A DNA stretch of 63,899 bases, filler included, from Octopus bimaculoides (GCF_001194135.2; 6 parts of 6 records of this genome joined end to end with filler, not necessarily neighbours in it); one strand, 5' to 3'; positions 51,778-63,677 are shown, counted from the first letter of the whole stretch. Notes: generated from the letters alone by a model not told the origin. Numbers and translations are program-made.

Positions 51778-53197
51778 AAAACACAAGATATTTGTGTGTG
51801 TGTGTACGTGTTGTGGGTTATGCACGTCCACAAATTAGCACGCATGTCGCTCCAATTTTAGGACATTGTTCATGACTCTATCTGTGTTTTTGTCAACTTT
51901 TTCTCACAGAGGCACCCGCGTATAGCTGTAAAAATCGATAAACTTTTACCAATTTTGAAGTTTGTTGACATGGCGAAGTCAAATCTGTGCGTACGCGCGT
52001 GAAGGAGAGAGAGAGAGAGCAAGAGAGAGAGAAAGAAAGAAAGAGAGGGAGAAAGAAAGAAAGAGAGAGAGAGAAAGAGAGAGAGAAAGAAAGAGAGAGA
52101 GAAAGAGAGAAATAGTGTGTTTNNNNNNNNNNNNNNNNNNNNNNNNNNNNNNNNNNNNNNNNNNNNNNNNNNNNNNNNNNNNNNNNNNNNNNNNNNNNNN
52201 NNNNNNNNNNNNNNNNNNNNNNNNNNNNNNNNNNNNNNNNNNNNNNNNNNNNNNNNNNNNNNNNNNNNNNNNNNNNNNNNNNNNNNNNNNNNNNNNNNNN
52301 NNNNNNNNNNNNNNNNNNNNNNNNNNNNNNNNNNNNNNNNNNNNNNNNNNNNNNNNNNNNNNNNNNNNNNNNNNNNNNNNNNNNNNNNNNNNNNNNNNNN
52401 NNNNNNNNNNNNNNNNNNNNNNNNNNNNNNNNNNNNNNNNNNNNNNNNNNNNNNNNNNNNNNNNNNNNNNNNNNNNNNNNNNNNNNNNNNNNNNNNNNNN
52501 NNNNNNNNNNNNNNNNNNNNNNNNNNNNNNNNNNNNNNNNNNNNNNNNNNNNNNNNNNNNNNNNNNNNNNNNNNNNNNNNNNNNNNNNNNNNNNNNNNNN
52601 NNNNNNNNNNNNNNNNNNNNNNNNNNNNNNNNNNNNNNNNNNNNNNNNNNNNNNNNNNNNNNNNNNNNNNNNNNNNNNNNNNNNNNNNNNNNNNNNNNNN
52701 NNNNNNNNNNNNNNNNNNNNNNNNNNNNNNNNNNNNNNNNNNNNNNNNNNNNNNNNNNNNNNNNNNNNNNNNNNNNNNNNNNNNNNNNNNNNNNNNNNNN
52801 NNNNNNNNNNNNNNNNNNNNNNNNNNNNNNNNNNNNNNNNNNNNNNNNNNNNNNNTAACATAGAAGGGACAGGCTCCTTATTTTTTGGTTAAGGTTGTTG
52901 GTAAGCTTTCCTAAGTTACTCCAATCCAGATCCCCAATGCAAACCTTCAGATCAACCTTCTCCTATGCAGATCTCTGCAACATTTAAAAAAAGAGTCAAT
53001 AAGTGAAAATAACAAATAAACTGATTCCTTATGGGATTTCCCAATCAAATTGCCAGCAAACCATTTTCAGCCAAACCAATTTCAACGGATTTCGCTCAAA
53101 TCTGATGTCGATGTTACTTATTTTGGTTTGAAATAAAGGACTTAATCATTTAATAATCCTAGCTTAATCCCGAGCAGCGCCGGGTTATACTGCTAGT
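51778..53197 (-). mobile_element. Non-autonomous Helitron-like element, copy 1 (gapped)
   Basis: 5' actagcagtataacccggcgctgctcggga with a subterminal inverted repeat, an internal (CT/CTTT)n tract and a 3' (CA)n then tgtgtttt. The classification is inferred from terminal style. Confidence 0.6.
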
Positions 53198-53518
53198 GTA
53201 AGATATTTATACTTTACTGTTCAATTTATACACACCTGATACCCACACAACCGTTAGAAAATATGACAGTGTTTATGTTTTGAAAGATAAGTTGCCCAAT
53301 CAACTTCAAATGCTTATTCGTCAAATCAGATTATATCAAACCATATATTACATGTATCATCACAATTTTATTCCAGTCTTGATTACAACTGCTTGATGAA
53401 CAAGAATGTGAAATTCTGAGTCACAGTTATTTGGGATGTTTTTGTAGCTTTAATAAAAAAGTATATATATATACATATATATACATATATATATATACAT
53501 ATATATACATACATATAC

Positions 53519-53549
<31 letters not shown>

Positions 53550-53639
53550 CATACATACATATATATACATACATATATACGTGCATATCCTCACGTTTAT
53601 TATTTTTGTTTTTTATTTGAATTGACTATATATATGTGT

Positions 53640-53850
53640 GTGTGTTTGTCTCCCACTACCGCTTGACAACCGGTGTTGGTGTGTTTACGTCCCTGTAACA
53701 TGGCTAAAAGAAGTGACAGAATAAATACCAGGCTCAAAAAAAAAAAAAGAAAAAAAAAGAAACCAAGGTGCTGGAGCACGATTCATTCGACTGAAAATTC
53801 TTCAAGGTGGTGCTTCAGCATGGCCGCAGTTTCAAACAAGTAAAAGATAA
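53640..53850 (+). mobile_element. SINE 3' body
   Basis: cttgacaaccggtgttggtgtgtttacgtccc...ttcttcaaggtggtgcttcagcatggccgcagt. Confidence 0.7.
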
Positions 53851-53862
53851 TGTATGTATGTA

Positions 53863-53925
<63 letters not shown>

Positions 53926-54883
53926 NNNNNNNNNNNNNNNNNNNNNNNNNNNNNNNNNNNNNNNNNNNNNNNNNNNNNNNNNNNNNNNNNNNNNNNNNNN
54001 NNNNNNNNNNNNNNNNNNNNNNNNNNNNNNNNNNNNNNNNNNNNNNNNNNNNNNNNNNNNNNNNNNNNNNNNNNNNNNNNNNNNNNNNNNNNNNNNNNNN
54101 NNNNNNNNNNNNNNNNNNNNNNNNNNNNNNNNNNNNNNNNNNNNNNNNNNNNNNNNNNNNNNNNNNNNNNNNNNNNNNNNNNNNNNNNNNNNNNNNNNNN
54201 NNNNNNNNNNNNNNNNNNNNNNNNNNNNNNNNNNNNNNNNNNNNNNNNNNNNNNNNNNNNNNNNNNNNNNNNNNNNNNNNNNNNNNNNNNNNNNNNNNNN
54301 NNNNNNNNNNNNNNNNNNNNNNNNNNNNNNNNNNNNNNNNNNNNNNNNNNNNNNNNNNNNNNNNNNNNNNNNNNNNNNNNNNNNNNNNNNNNNNNNNNNN
54401 NNNNNNNNNNNNNNNNNNNNNNNNNNNNNNNNNNNNNNNNNNNNNNNNNNNNNNNNNNNNNNNNNNNNNNNNNNNNNNNNNNNNNNNNNNNNNNNNNNNN
54501 NNNNNNNNNNNNNNNNNNNNNNNNNNNNNNNNNNNNNNNNNNNNNNNNNNNNNNNNNNNNNNNNNNNNNNNNNNNNNNNNNNNNNNNNNNNNNNNNNNNN
54601 NNNNNNNNNNNNNNNNNNNNNNNNNNNNNNNNNNNNNNNNNNNNNNNNNNNNNNNNNNNNNNNNNNNNNNNNNNNNNNNNNNNNNNNNNNNNNNNNNNNN
54701 NNNNNNNNNNNNNNNNNNNNNNNNNNNNNNNNNNNNNNNNNNNNNNNNNNNNNNNNNNNNNNNNNNNNNNNNNNNNNNNNNNNNNNNNNNNNNNNNNNNN
54801 NNNNNNNNNNNNNNNNNNNNNNNNNNNNNNNNNNNNNNNNNNNNNNNNNNNNNNNNNNNNNNNNNNNNNNNNNNNNNNNNNNN

Positions 54884-55050
54884 ATATATTAACAGTATTA
54901 ACAGTAACTGCACGATAAAGTGTAGTATATTGCCACTTAAGTGTGGCTGACCCCTAGGAGTGGATGTTACTGTTGCTTTTAGCCCCAGGAGGATATCTCC
55001 TCCAGCTGGCTTATCGACACACTACTGTGTCCTGTTTGCCAAGGGAAGTT
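54884..55050 (-). repeat. 3' end of an interspersed repeat with an (ACTGTTAAT)n-like tail
   Basis: attaacagtaactgcacgataaagtgtagtatattgccacttaagtgt is also present at 34144-34191. Confidence 0.6.
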
Positions 55051-55334
55051 ACCCCTCCCAATCCCTTAAAGGCGGTATCCCAGCACGGCTGCACTCCAAT
55101 AACTTAAGTATGTAAACGATAAAAAATAAAAGACAGCCGTATTATTGTAATTCTGTGTTTTTGCAGCAGAACTGGCTTTGCAATGCAATAAGGGAAATAA
55201 TTACAACTAGCTAAATTGTACGTTGTCAACCATAGTAACCTCCCATCCTTATCGAATATCGTAAACTCTCTCCTATCCAGTACTGAGATAACCGGAAACT
55301 TTCAAGAAACCGGCACATTAAATATATTGGTCTC

Positions 55335-55540
55335 AAATTTTAGCACAAGCCTAGCAGTTTTTTGGGGGGAGGGGCTAAGTGGATTATATGGACCTCAGTG
55401 TTAAACTGGTACTTATTTTATCGAACCTCAAAAGAATGAAAGGCAATGTCAACTGCGGTGGAATTTGAGCTCAGAACGTAATGACGGACGAAATGCCGCT
55501 GAGCATTGTGTCCGGCGGGCAAACAATTCTACCAATACAC
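55335..55540 (-). mobile_element. Deu/Nin-like SINE
   Basis: Same family. Confidence 0.8.
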
Positions 55541-55680
55541 GTCAAGTAAATGTTTCGGCTCGTCAGTTCTTTTAATTCTTAAGGAGCCGGGGCTACATTG
55601 AGTCTATGATCCTTATATGTATATTTATAGTAACACACTCATACACATACGTTATTGTGTTTAAAGTTTTAGTTACTTAC

Positions 55681-55863
55681 TCTGTGTATTGCACGTAAAA
55701 TTCTTCTGGTTCCAAATCGTTCCGATCGGACATTTCCTTATAAGCATCTTCCCGTGGACGCATTGGTAAAATTCGCTCATTTTCAGAGGATTCCTTGCGA
55801 AAGTTCCGCTGGTACATGATACGCATCCCGGGAACGAATTTGTCCATTTGCAATAATTGTTGT
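55681..55863 (-). CDS. Internal exon: chitin-binding (CBM14-like) domain 1
   Basis: Acceptor ttttttttttccattacag|ac, donor caga|gtaagt, 183 nt, phase 1-1: DNNYCKWTNSFPGCVSCTSGTFARNPLKMSEFYQCVHGKMLIRKCPIGTIWNQKNFTCNTQ. This is a different frame from the ORF track. Confidence 0.88.
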
Positions 55864-55943
55864 CTGTAATGGAAAAAAAAAATGGATGAATTGTTTTCTA
55901 TGAAAGCTTCATTATCACAGGGCAACAACTTTTGTTGTTGATG

Positions 55944-55984
55944 GCCCTTCTGAAGAGGGTTAACAAATGAAATTTGTTAAGGGC
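55944..55984 (+). ncRNA. Degenerate minimal hammerhead-like motif
   Basis: gccctt CTGAAGA gggttaacaaat GAAA tttg tt aagggc; perfect 6-bp stem I but broken stem II. Confidence 0.35.
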
Positions 55985-56105
55985 AGCAAGGGTTGGTGTC
56001 TCGTAAGATGCATCATTGAATACAAGGTGGGAAGGAATTATTGATAGAAATAAGAAAGATTAGATGAGCAATTTCAACGAAAGCCTTGAAACATGTCTAT
56101 ACATA

Positions 56106-56188
<83 letters not shown>

Positions 56189-56304
56189 NNNNNNNNNNNN
56201 NNNNNNNNNNNNNNNNNNNNNNNNNNNNNNNNNNNNNNNNNNNNNNNNNNNNNNNNNNNNNNNNNNNNNNNNNNNNNNNNNNNNNNNNNNNNNNNNNNNN
56301 NNNN

Positions 56305-56376
<72 letters not shown>

Positions 56377-56506
56377 CATGCATACATACATACATACATA
56401 CATACATACATACATACATACATACATAATATAAATATACAATTATGCTGGCCACTTGATATGATCGTTATTCTAAATAATGGTCTTGTCCTTTATATAT
56501 ATATAT

Positions 56507-57805
56507 ACTAGCAGTATAACCCGGCGCTGCTCGGGATTAAGCTAGGATTATTAAATGATTAAGTCCTTTATTTCAAACCAAAATAAGTAACATCGACATC
56601 AGATTTGAGCGAAATCCGTTGAAATTGGTTTGGCTGAAAATGGTTTGCTGGCAATTTGATTGGGAAATCCCATAAGGAATCAGTTTATTTGTTATTTTCA
56701 CTTATTGACTCTTTTTTTAAATGTTGCAGAGATCTGCATAGGAGAAGGTTGATCTGAAGGTTTGCATTGGGGATCTGGATTGGAGTAACTTAGGAAAGCT
56801 TACCAACAACCTTAACCAAAAAATANNNNNNNNNNNNNNNNNNNNNNNNNNNNNNNNNNNNNNNNNNNNNNNNNNNNNNNNNNNNNNNNNNNNNNNNNNN
56901 NNNNNNNNNNNNNNNNNNNNNNNNNNNNNNNNNNNNNNNNNNNNNNNNNNNNNNNNNNNNNNNNNNNNNNNNNNNNNNNNNNNNNNNNNNNNNNNNNNNN
57001 NNNNNNNNNNNNNNNNNNNNNNNNNNNNNNNNNNNNNNNNNNNNNNNNNNNNNNNNNNNNNNNNNNNNNNNNNNNNNNNNNNNNNNNNNNNNNNNNNNNN
57101 NNNNNNNNNNNNNNNNNNNNNNNNNNNNNNNNNNNNNNNNNNNNNNNNNAACAAAAGTCTTTCGCTCCCAAAGTAGTATATGTGCGTATGTGTGAGAGTG
57201 AGAGGTGGGGGGAGAAAGATGAACGATTTAAAATAAATATATTTGAATTGTTGTGTGAGAAAGTATATATAATCTTATTATAGAATATAGTGTCTTTCAA
57301 AAACATCTTCTATTTGAAACTATATCTCATGTTTAAGAAAACAAATGCATTTTACTCTGTCTTCCTCAGCTACATTTTCTTTCCTAATACGCTTTGTCTC
57401 CCTCTTCCACTGTTTCATTTTTTTTTTTTAGACGCTTGGCAAACACTCTGTTTCTCCCCTTGTCACAAACACACTATTTCTTTCTTTCTCTCTCTCTCTC
57501 TTTCTTTCTTTCTCTCTCTTTCTTTCTCCCTCTCTTTCCTTCTTTCTCCCTCTCTTTCTTTCTCTCTCTCTCTCTCCTTCACGCGCGTACGCACAGATTT
57601 GACTTCGCCAAGTCAACAAACTTCAAAATTGGTAAAAGTTTATCGATTTTTACAACTATACGCGGGTGCCTCTGTGAGAAAAAGTTGACAAAAACACAGA
57701 TAGAGTCATGAACAATGTCCTCCTAAAATTGGAGCGACATGCGTGCTAATTTGTGGACGTGCATAACCCACATCACGTACACACACACACAAACATCTTG
57801 TGTTT

Positions 57806-57806
<1 letters not shown>
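56507..57806 (+). mobile_element. Non-autonomous Helitron-like element, copy 2 (gapped)
   Basis: Inverted copy of 51778-53197: the first ~315 bp read identical, and the 3' part has a few substitutions and indels. Confidence 0.6.
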
Positions 57807-57840
<34 letters not shown>

Positions 57841-58504
57841 TCATAATAAGGAAAACAGAAATAGAATAAAACTAGATATATAAATCTCTGCACCCATTAT
57901 TAATTTAATCAACCAATATCCACTGGATTCCTCAAAATTTCTGTGTTTTCCTATACTACACCCATGATCATTTACCATTAGCTAGAGATTCCTATACCCC
58001 GTCCCTATACCCGATCAGCTCGTATGCTTTTATTTTTGTTTTTCTTTTCTTTTCTTTCACCCTTACGTTTGATTTATTTATCTTCCCCTCTTTCCCTTAT
58101 CCTTAATTGTTTTATGACTTCTACTTACCACTACTTATTGCGTACTGTAATAAATTATCTCCTGCCCATGATCGAGTCTAGCAGACTCCTTCCCGGCAGA
58201 GTCACTGACTTTAGATATCATTTACACACTTTCAAGAAATACATTCTTAAATTAAACGGTCAACATTGTCGGTCATTCTCCCATTTCATAGTTGGCTTCG
58301 ACAGACACATAAATCCCTGCTGTATACGTGGGGTATTCTTTTGTTTTGTAAAATTACTTCTCATTTGATAATTACGGTCGTTTATAATGGTGTAATGTTC
58401 TCATTCTGCTATTAAAAAAAAAAAAACCGTTGTAATGAGATGACAATTATCCATCGTACGTTACTATTCGTTGGAAATTTGAAAGGAAAATTCTGTATGC
58501 CTAC

Positions 58505-58624
58505 CGTCGCAATGGGTTTTGTTTTCCAATATGAATCCTTTGTAGCACACACACTCAAAACTTCCGGGTGAATTCACACAAATATGGTTGCAACCTCCAT
58601 TGTTCTGAGCACATTCGTCGATGT
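58505..58624 (-). CDS. Internal exon: calcium-binding EGF-like domain
   Basis: Acceptor cttctttcctactctttccgcag|ac, donor gacg|gtaggc, 120 nt, phase 1-1: [40 protein letters not shown]. Confidence 0.92.
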
Positions 58625-58966
58625 CTGCGGAAAGAGTAGGAAAGAAGACAGTCTTTTCATATATATATACATATATATTGTTATGTATTCTTTTGTTCTT
58701 TGTGGGATAATAAACAACTCACTGAAGGCATCGTTATGTTTCTACGCGTTTACTTTATTTGACATGTTTACAAACAGTGTCTATAGCGGAGTGATACACG
58801 CTGTGCGTATGTGCCTTAAACACAGTTCATACTGCTTAGTAGATGCGCTTAACGAAATAGTACTACTAGTGAAGATGTATTCATATATACGTATACCTAT
58901 GCATGCACATAGATATGAACATATAACATATATATATATACACATATATTAATGTGTGTGTGTATA

Positions 58967-59170
58967 CAGTGTGTTGTGAATTAATGGAATGGAATCCTAT
59001 AAATCCCAACAAATTTGTTAAAAAATGGAGAAAAGAAGAAGTTGAAATGTAAGAGAATTTTAATTCATGCAGACAATCGTTTCTCTTACATTTCAAATTC
59101 CTCTTTTCTCCATTTTTAACACATTTATTGGAGTTTATCGGATTCCTTTCCATAAATTCACAGCACACCA
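58967..59170. mobile_element. Hairpin MITE with TA TSD (Tc1/mariner-type)
   Basis: ~93-bp arms (cagtgtgttgtgaatt...gaaatgtaagagaa versus ttctcttacatttc...aattcacagcacacca), short spacer, TA on both sides. Confidence 0.8.
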
Positions 59171-59833
59171 TATACAAGTATTATTTTCATATTCGCATAC
59201 TCACGCCAATAAACTACCAGCGAAATCAGAAGAAACTATATTAGAAATCTTTTTGGAATCCTCCAAATTAAAGGACGAAATTTAATTCAACCTTTTTACA
59301 TACATACATACATATATATATATNNNNNNNNNNNNNNNNNNNNNNNNNNNNNNNNNNNNNNNNNNNNNNNNNNNNNNNNNNNNNNNNNNNNNNNNNNNNN
59401 NNTATATATATAAGTAACGGTTATAAGATGCACGATGAACAGTGATTGAAGTTGTAAAGAAATATTTATTTACCGTTACTTTAATAAATGCCATACCACG
59501 ACGGGTAGGTTAGTGTAATAGTATAACACAGTTCGTAAAGCATGCAAGGTAAAGAAAGTTAATTTCGGCCTGTATATGTGTGTACACGATCTTGTAGTAG
59601 TAAACAGACAAAGATAGGGTAATGTTACAGGGAAAAGGAAGTGAGCTAGTAAAAGTTATAGAGTCGAGGAAAGTTGTGTCTCACAGTTGGCTGGTTCTAA
59701 CCTTCTTTCTCCCTCTGGTCGTTTTGTCTTTTAGTGGCTGCCTGCTTGTGACTATATCTGTAGATGTCCGTTCACTAACTAATCGAGTTGTCACTAGTTG
59801 CTTCGCTCTGTTGTCGCCAAGTGACTACTGCTC

Positions 59834-60012
59834 GTTGAGTCGTCACCGACTGGTGACTAAACTAGTTGAGCCGTCACCGACTGGTGACTAAACTAGTTGA
59901 GTCGTCACCGACTGGTGACTAAACTAGTTGAGTCGTCACCGACTGGTGACTAAACTAGTTGAGTCGTCACCGACTGGTGACTAGACTAGTTGAGTCGTCA
60001 CCGACTGGTAAC
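59834..60012. repeat. 31-bp minisatellite, about 6 copies, running into a gap
   Basis: Unit gttgagtcgtcaccgactggtgactaaacta starting at 59834, 59865, 59896, 59927, 59958, 59989. Confidence 0.92.
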
Positions 60013-60112
60013 NNNNNNNNNNNNNNNNNNNNNNNNNNNNNNNNNNNNNNNNNNNNTTAATTAATTAANNNNNNNNNNNNNNNNNNNNNNNNNNNNNNNN
60101 NNNNNNNNNNNN

Positions 60113-60145
<33 letters not shown>

Positions 60146-61143
60146 TTTATAAACACACATTTATTCATACACACACGCACATACCTATAAATATACTCAC
60201 GCCAATATTCACATAATAAGCCACGTTTATAATGTCACAGTATTCTCAAGTGGACAGTAAATGAAATTAAGAAGACTTAGCGTGGAGCTACGAACGTAAA
60301 GCTAAATTTTAAAATAGGCGGCTGAAAATCTCACAAAGAATTATGATATTTATATTTTACATGAATATAGTGAACTACAGTTATTCTGTTTGCAGGGAAA
60401 GTTATTATGGAATACGATCTAACGGAATAAAGAATAAAGGATAGAGAACGAAACAAAATATCGCAAAAATCTAATCTGTCTATACTATTATTATTATTAT
60501 GATTTTTATTATTATTATTATTATTATTAATATTATTATTAGTAGTAGTAGTAGTAGTAGTAGTGGTAGTAGTAGTAGTCCTCTATGGTATCTGTTTGTT
60601 ATGGTATAACAATGGAACGAACTGTATGAGAGACCTATTGTATGCATGAAATTTCTGCTATGCGTAATGCACTTGACTGATAAAGTATGGAAGGAAATCA
60701 TCGAAGCAATCTATTGGTTATGCAACGGTGTCGAAAATGCCGAATTCCATAGCATGACAGCTGGTGACGTCAATATTCTGTTTCCGTTTTATATTTAATT
60801 TTTAATTCAGCTCTGTCTATTAGGTGCATTTAAAAATACTTTTATCATTTCTCCACGCTTGTTACAGCCACAACATACACGTACACACCCAATCCACACG
60901 TACCCCCCACACACAAACACATATACATACACATACGCACATTCACATACGTATCCATGTATATATAATTCTTTCTAATTTTGGCATTCGACTAGCAAAC
61001 AGGACGTAAATAGGATTTTATTTGAGAATGTAAAAGAAACGGGATATATGCCACTCTCTATATTCTTCGGCACCATAATAATTCTACCAGGTCACTGCCT
61101 TACTCATATACATATTGTATTATATGTGTTTATACAGAAACAC

Positions 61144-61175
<32 letters not shown>

Positions 61176-63462
61176 ATATATTTATATANNNNNNNNNNNN
61201 NNNNNNNNNNNNNNNNNNNNNNNNNNNNNNNNNNNNNNNNNNNNNNNNNNNNNNNNNNNNNNNNNNNNNNNNNNNNNNNNNNNNNNNNNNNNNNNNNNNN
61301 NNNNNNNNNNNNNNNNNNNNNNNNNNNNNNNNNNNNNNNNNNNNNNNNNNNNNNNNNNNNNNNNNNNNNNNNNNNNNNNNNNNNNNNNNNNNNNNNNNNN
61401 NNNNNNNNNNNNNNNNNNNNNNNNNNNNNNNNNNNNNNNNNNNNNNNNNNNNNNNNNNNNNNNNNNNNNNNNNNNNNNNNNNNNNNNNNNNNNNNNNNNN
61501 NNNNNNNNNNNNNNNNNNNNNNNNNNNNNNNNNNNNNNNNNNNNNNNNNNNNNNNNNNNNNNNNNNNNNNNNNNNNNNNNNNNNNNNNNNNNNNNNNNNN
61601 NNNNNNNNNNNNNNNNNNNNNNNNNNNNNNNNNNNNNNNNNNNNNNNNNNNNNNNNNNNNNNNNNNNNNNNNNNNNNNNNNNNNNNNNNNNNNNNNNNNN
61701 NNNNNNNNNNNNNNNNNNNNNNNNNNNNNNNNNNNNNNNNNNNNNNNNNNNNNNNNNNNNNNNNNNNNNNNNNNNNNNNNNNNNNNNNNNNNNNNNNNNN
61801 NNNNNNNNNNNNNNNNNNNNNNNNNNNNNNNNNNNNNNNNNNNNNNNNNNNNNNNNNNNNNNNNNNNNNNNNNNNNNNNNNNNNNNNNNNNNNNNNNNNN
61901 NNNNNNNNNNNNNNNNNNNNNNNNNNNNNNNNNNNNNNNNNNNNNNNNNNNNNNNNNNNNNNNNNNNNNNNNNNNNNNNNNNNNNNNNNNNCATATGTAT
62001 ATGCAGAGATTAACGCATCTGTATGTGTTTCGTGCGTGTGTGTGTGTCTTCATATATGCATATATGTCCCTGTACATACACAATTCTTGCCAAAAGGAAA
62101 TGCATAATAAGTTGTACGTCAAGTGTCTCTGATAGTTTGCTTGCTTTACATAATCGATATATCGAAAATTGAGAGAAATTGGGATTACCAAGGGATATAT
62201 AAGTCAACAGACATATTGACAGATCACAACGGCATCATACAGACGTCTTTGAAACTCGTTTTTGCTACAGGCATATAGTACAACGGCATTTCACGTAACG
62301 ATAATTTGTGTGCGTCTATGCGTACGTAGGCTAGTGTGTGTCGACATGTGTACGTGTGTATCCTTGTGTGTGTATGCCCCGTTTCGGAATAATTATTTAC
62401 CAAACGGTGTATTCTCATAAAAACAATATTTAACCATTTTAACCGTCTTCAGGAAGGAACCAAATAACCTAAGAATAAATACTATGTGATGTATGTAAGT
62501 CAATCTCAACACAGACTCTAGTAACGAAGATAGGGTCTCACAGGAAAATCGGAAATATATTTAACGTTAACGGCGTTATCGCTTCGTCAGACGCCAAGCG
62601 TATATTGTCGGGATATCGACAATTTAAGATCGAATGAGAATCTGAAAAGGCGACAGGCAAGCTTTGGGTATATAAACCCTATTTCAAGACAGACTAGAAA
62701 TAGTTGATGCATAAATCTTAAACACAGTGAAAAGAAAAATGCAAGGTATCAAATTAATTCTTACTAAATTCATACACCATACCCCATATATATNNNNNNN
62801 NNNNNNNNNNNNNNNNNNNNNNNNNNNNNNNNNNNNNTTAATTAATTAANNNNNNNNNNNNNNNNNNNNNNNNNNNNNNNNNNNNNNNNNNNNTTGTGTG
62901 TGTGTCTGTCTGTCTGTATTCGCGAGCGCGCCCGTACGATAGACTAAACAGGTATCGACCTTTTTTTTTACCTCTATTTTCAATAAACTTACAATTTTTT
63001 TTAAATGTTATCTCTGTTTATTTTATAACTTGATATGAACATCTTATTCTTTTTTCTTTACTCTTCTCGCCCGCTCAATCTTTTGATGTATAGTTGATAA
63101 CATGCTCGAGTTTTATTTGCAATCTTTTACAAAATCTTACTCTTTGTCTCTCGTGGGTTATCTTACGAAAATAACTGGCGTCTCTTTACCGGACTACATG
63201 TACTTCATTGTTTCATTTTATTCTGTTCAGTTAAATGTTTTTTTATCGTTATATGTAAGTTATTCATCACTTCACTGTTCTTAATTATTCTTCGACGTAC
63301 TTGAACTAGGCTGATTATGGAGTTCTAAAGCGAGATAAGATGTTTCGTGACGACTGTAGACATACGAGGCCGATTAAAGGTGCCAGGCTACCGGTAATTC
63401 TGATAGTCTTCCGGGGGTCCCACGGGCTTAAATAGAGACCCTCGTCATGTATTTGGGAATTT

Positions 63463-63620
63463 AGGCTTGGCTATGTGGTAAGAAGCTTGCTTCCGAACCA
63501 CATGGTTCCGGGTTCAGTCTCATTTCATGGCACCTTGTGCAAGTGTCTTCTACTGTAGCCTCTAACCGACCAAAGTTTTGTGAGTGGATTTTGAAGACAG
63601 AAACTGAAAGAGACCCGTCT
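63463..63620 (+). mobile_element. tRNA-derived SINE
   Basis: ggctatgtggtaagaagcttgcttccgaaccacatggttccgggttcagt...gtgtcttctactgtagcc...gaaactgaaag. Confidence 0.85.
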
Positions 63621-63677
63621 TATATATATAAATAAATAAATAAATGGAGTTAAACGCAGGTGTTATTCAAATTCTTT

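Noticed and set aside
50977-51831. 284-aa ORF with RRQGYS repeats and poly-Cys
   Set aside because: Read-through of an antisense SINE minisatellite, a (CAA)n tract and a duplicated repeat.
55677-55928. 83-aa ORF from the track
   Set aside because: Shadow frame; the phase-1 frame gives a cysteine-patterned chitin-binding domain that splices in frame with its neighbours.
59834-60012. CRISPR-like palindromic repeats
   Set aside because: No unique spacers, a eukaryotic context and no cas genes.
62540-62642. Candidate upstream exon (ccttttcag|at...ct|gtgaga) for the EGF gene
   Set aside because: Ends in phase 2, incompatible with the EGF exon, and the peptide has no recognisable domain.
63363-63447. 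Tiny mariner-like MITE (tacgagg...cctcgt)
   Set aside because: Only about 6 bp of terminal complementarity and no clean TA TSD.
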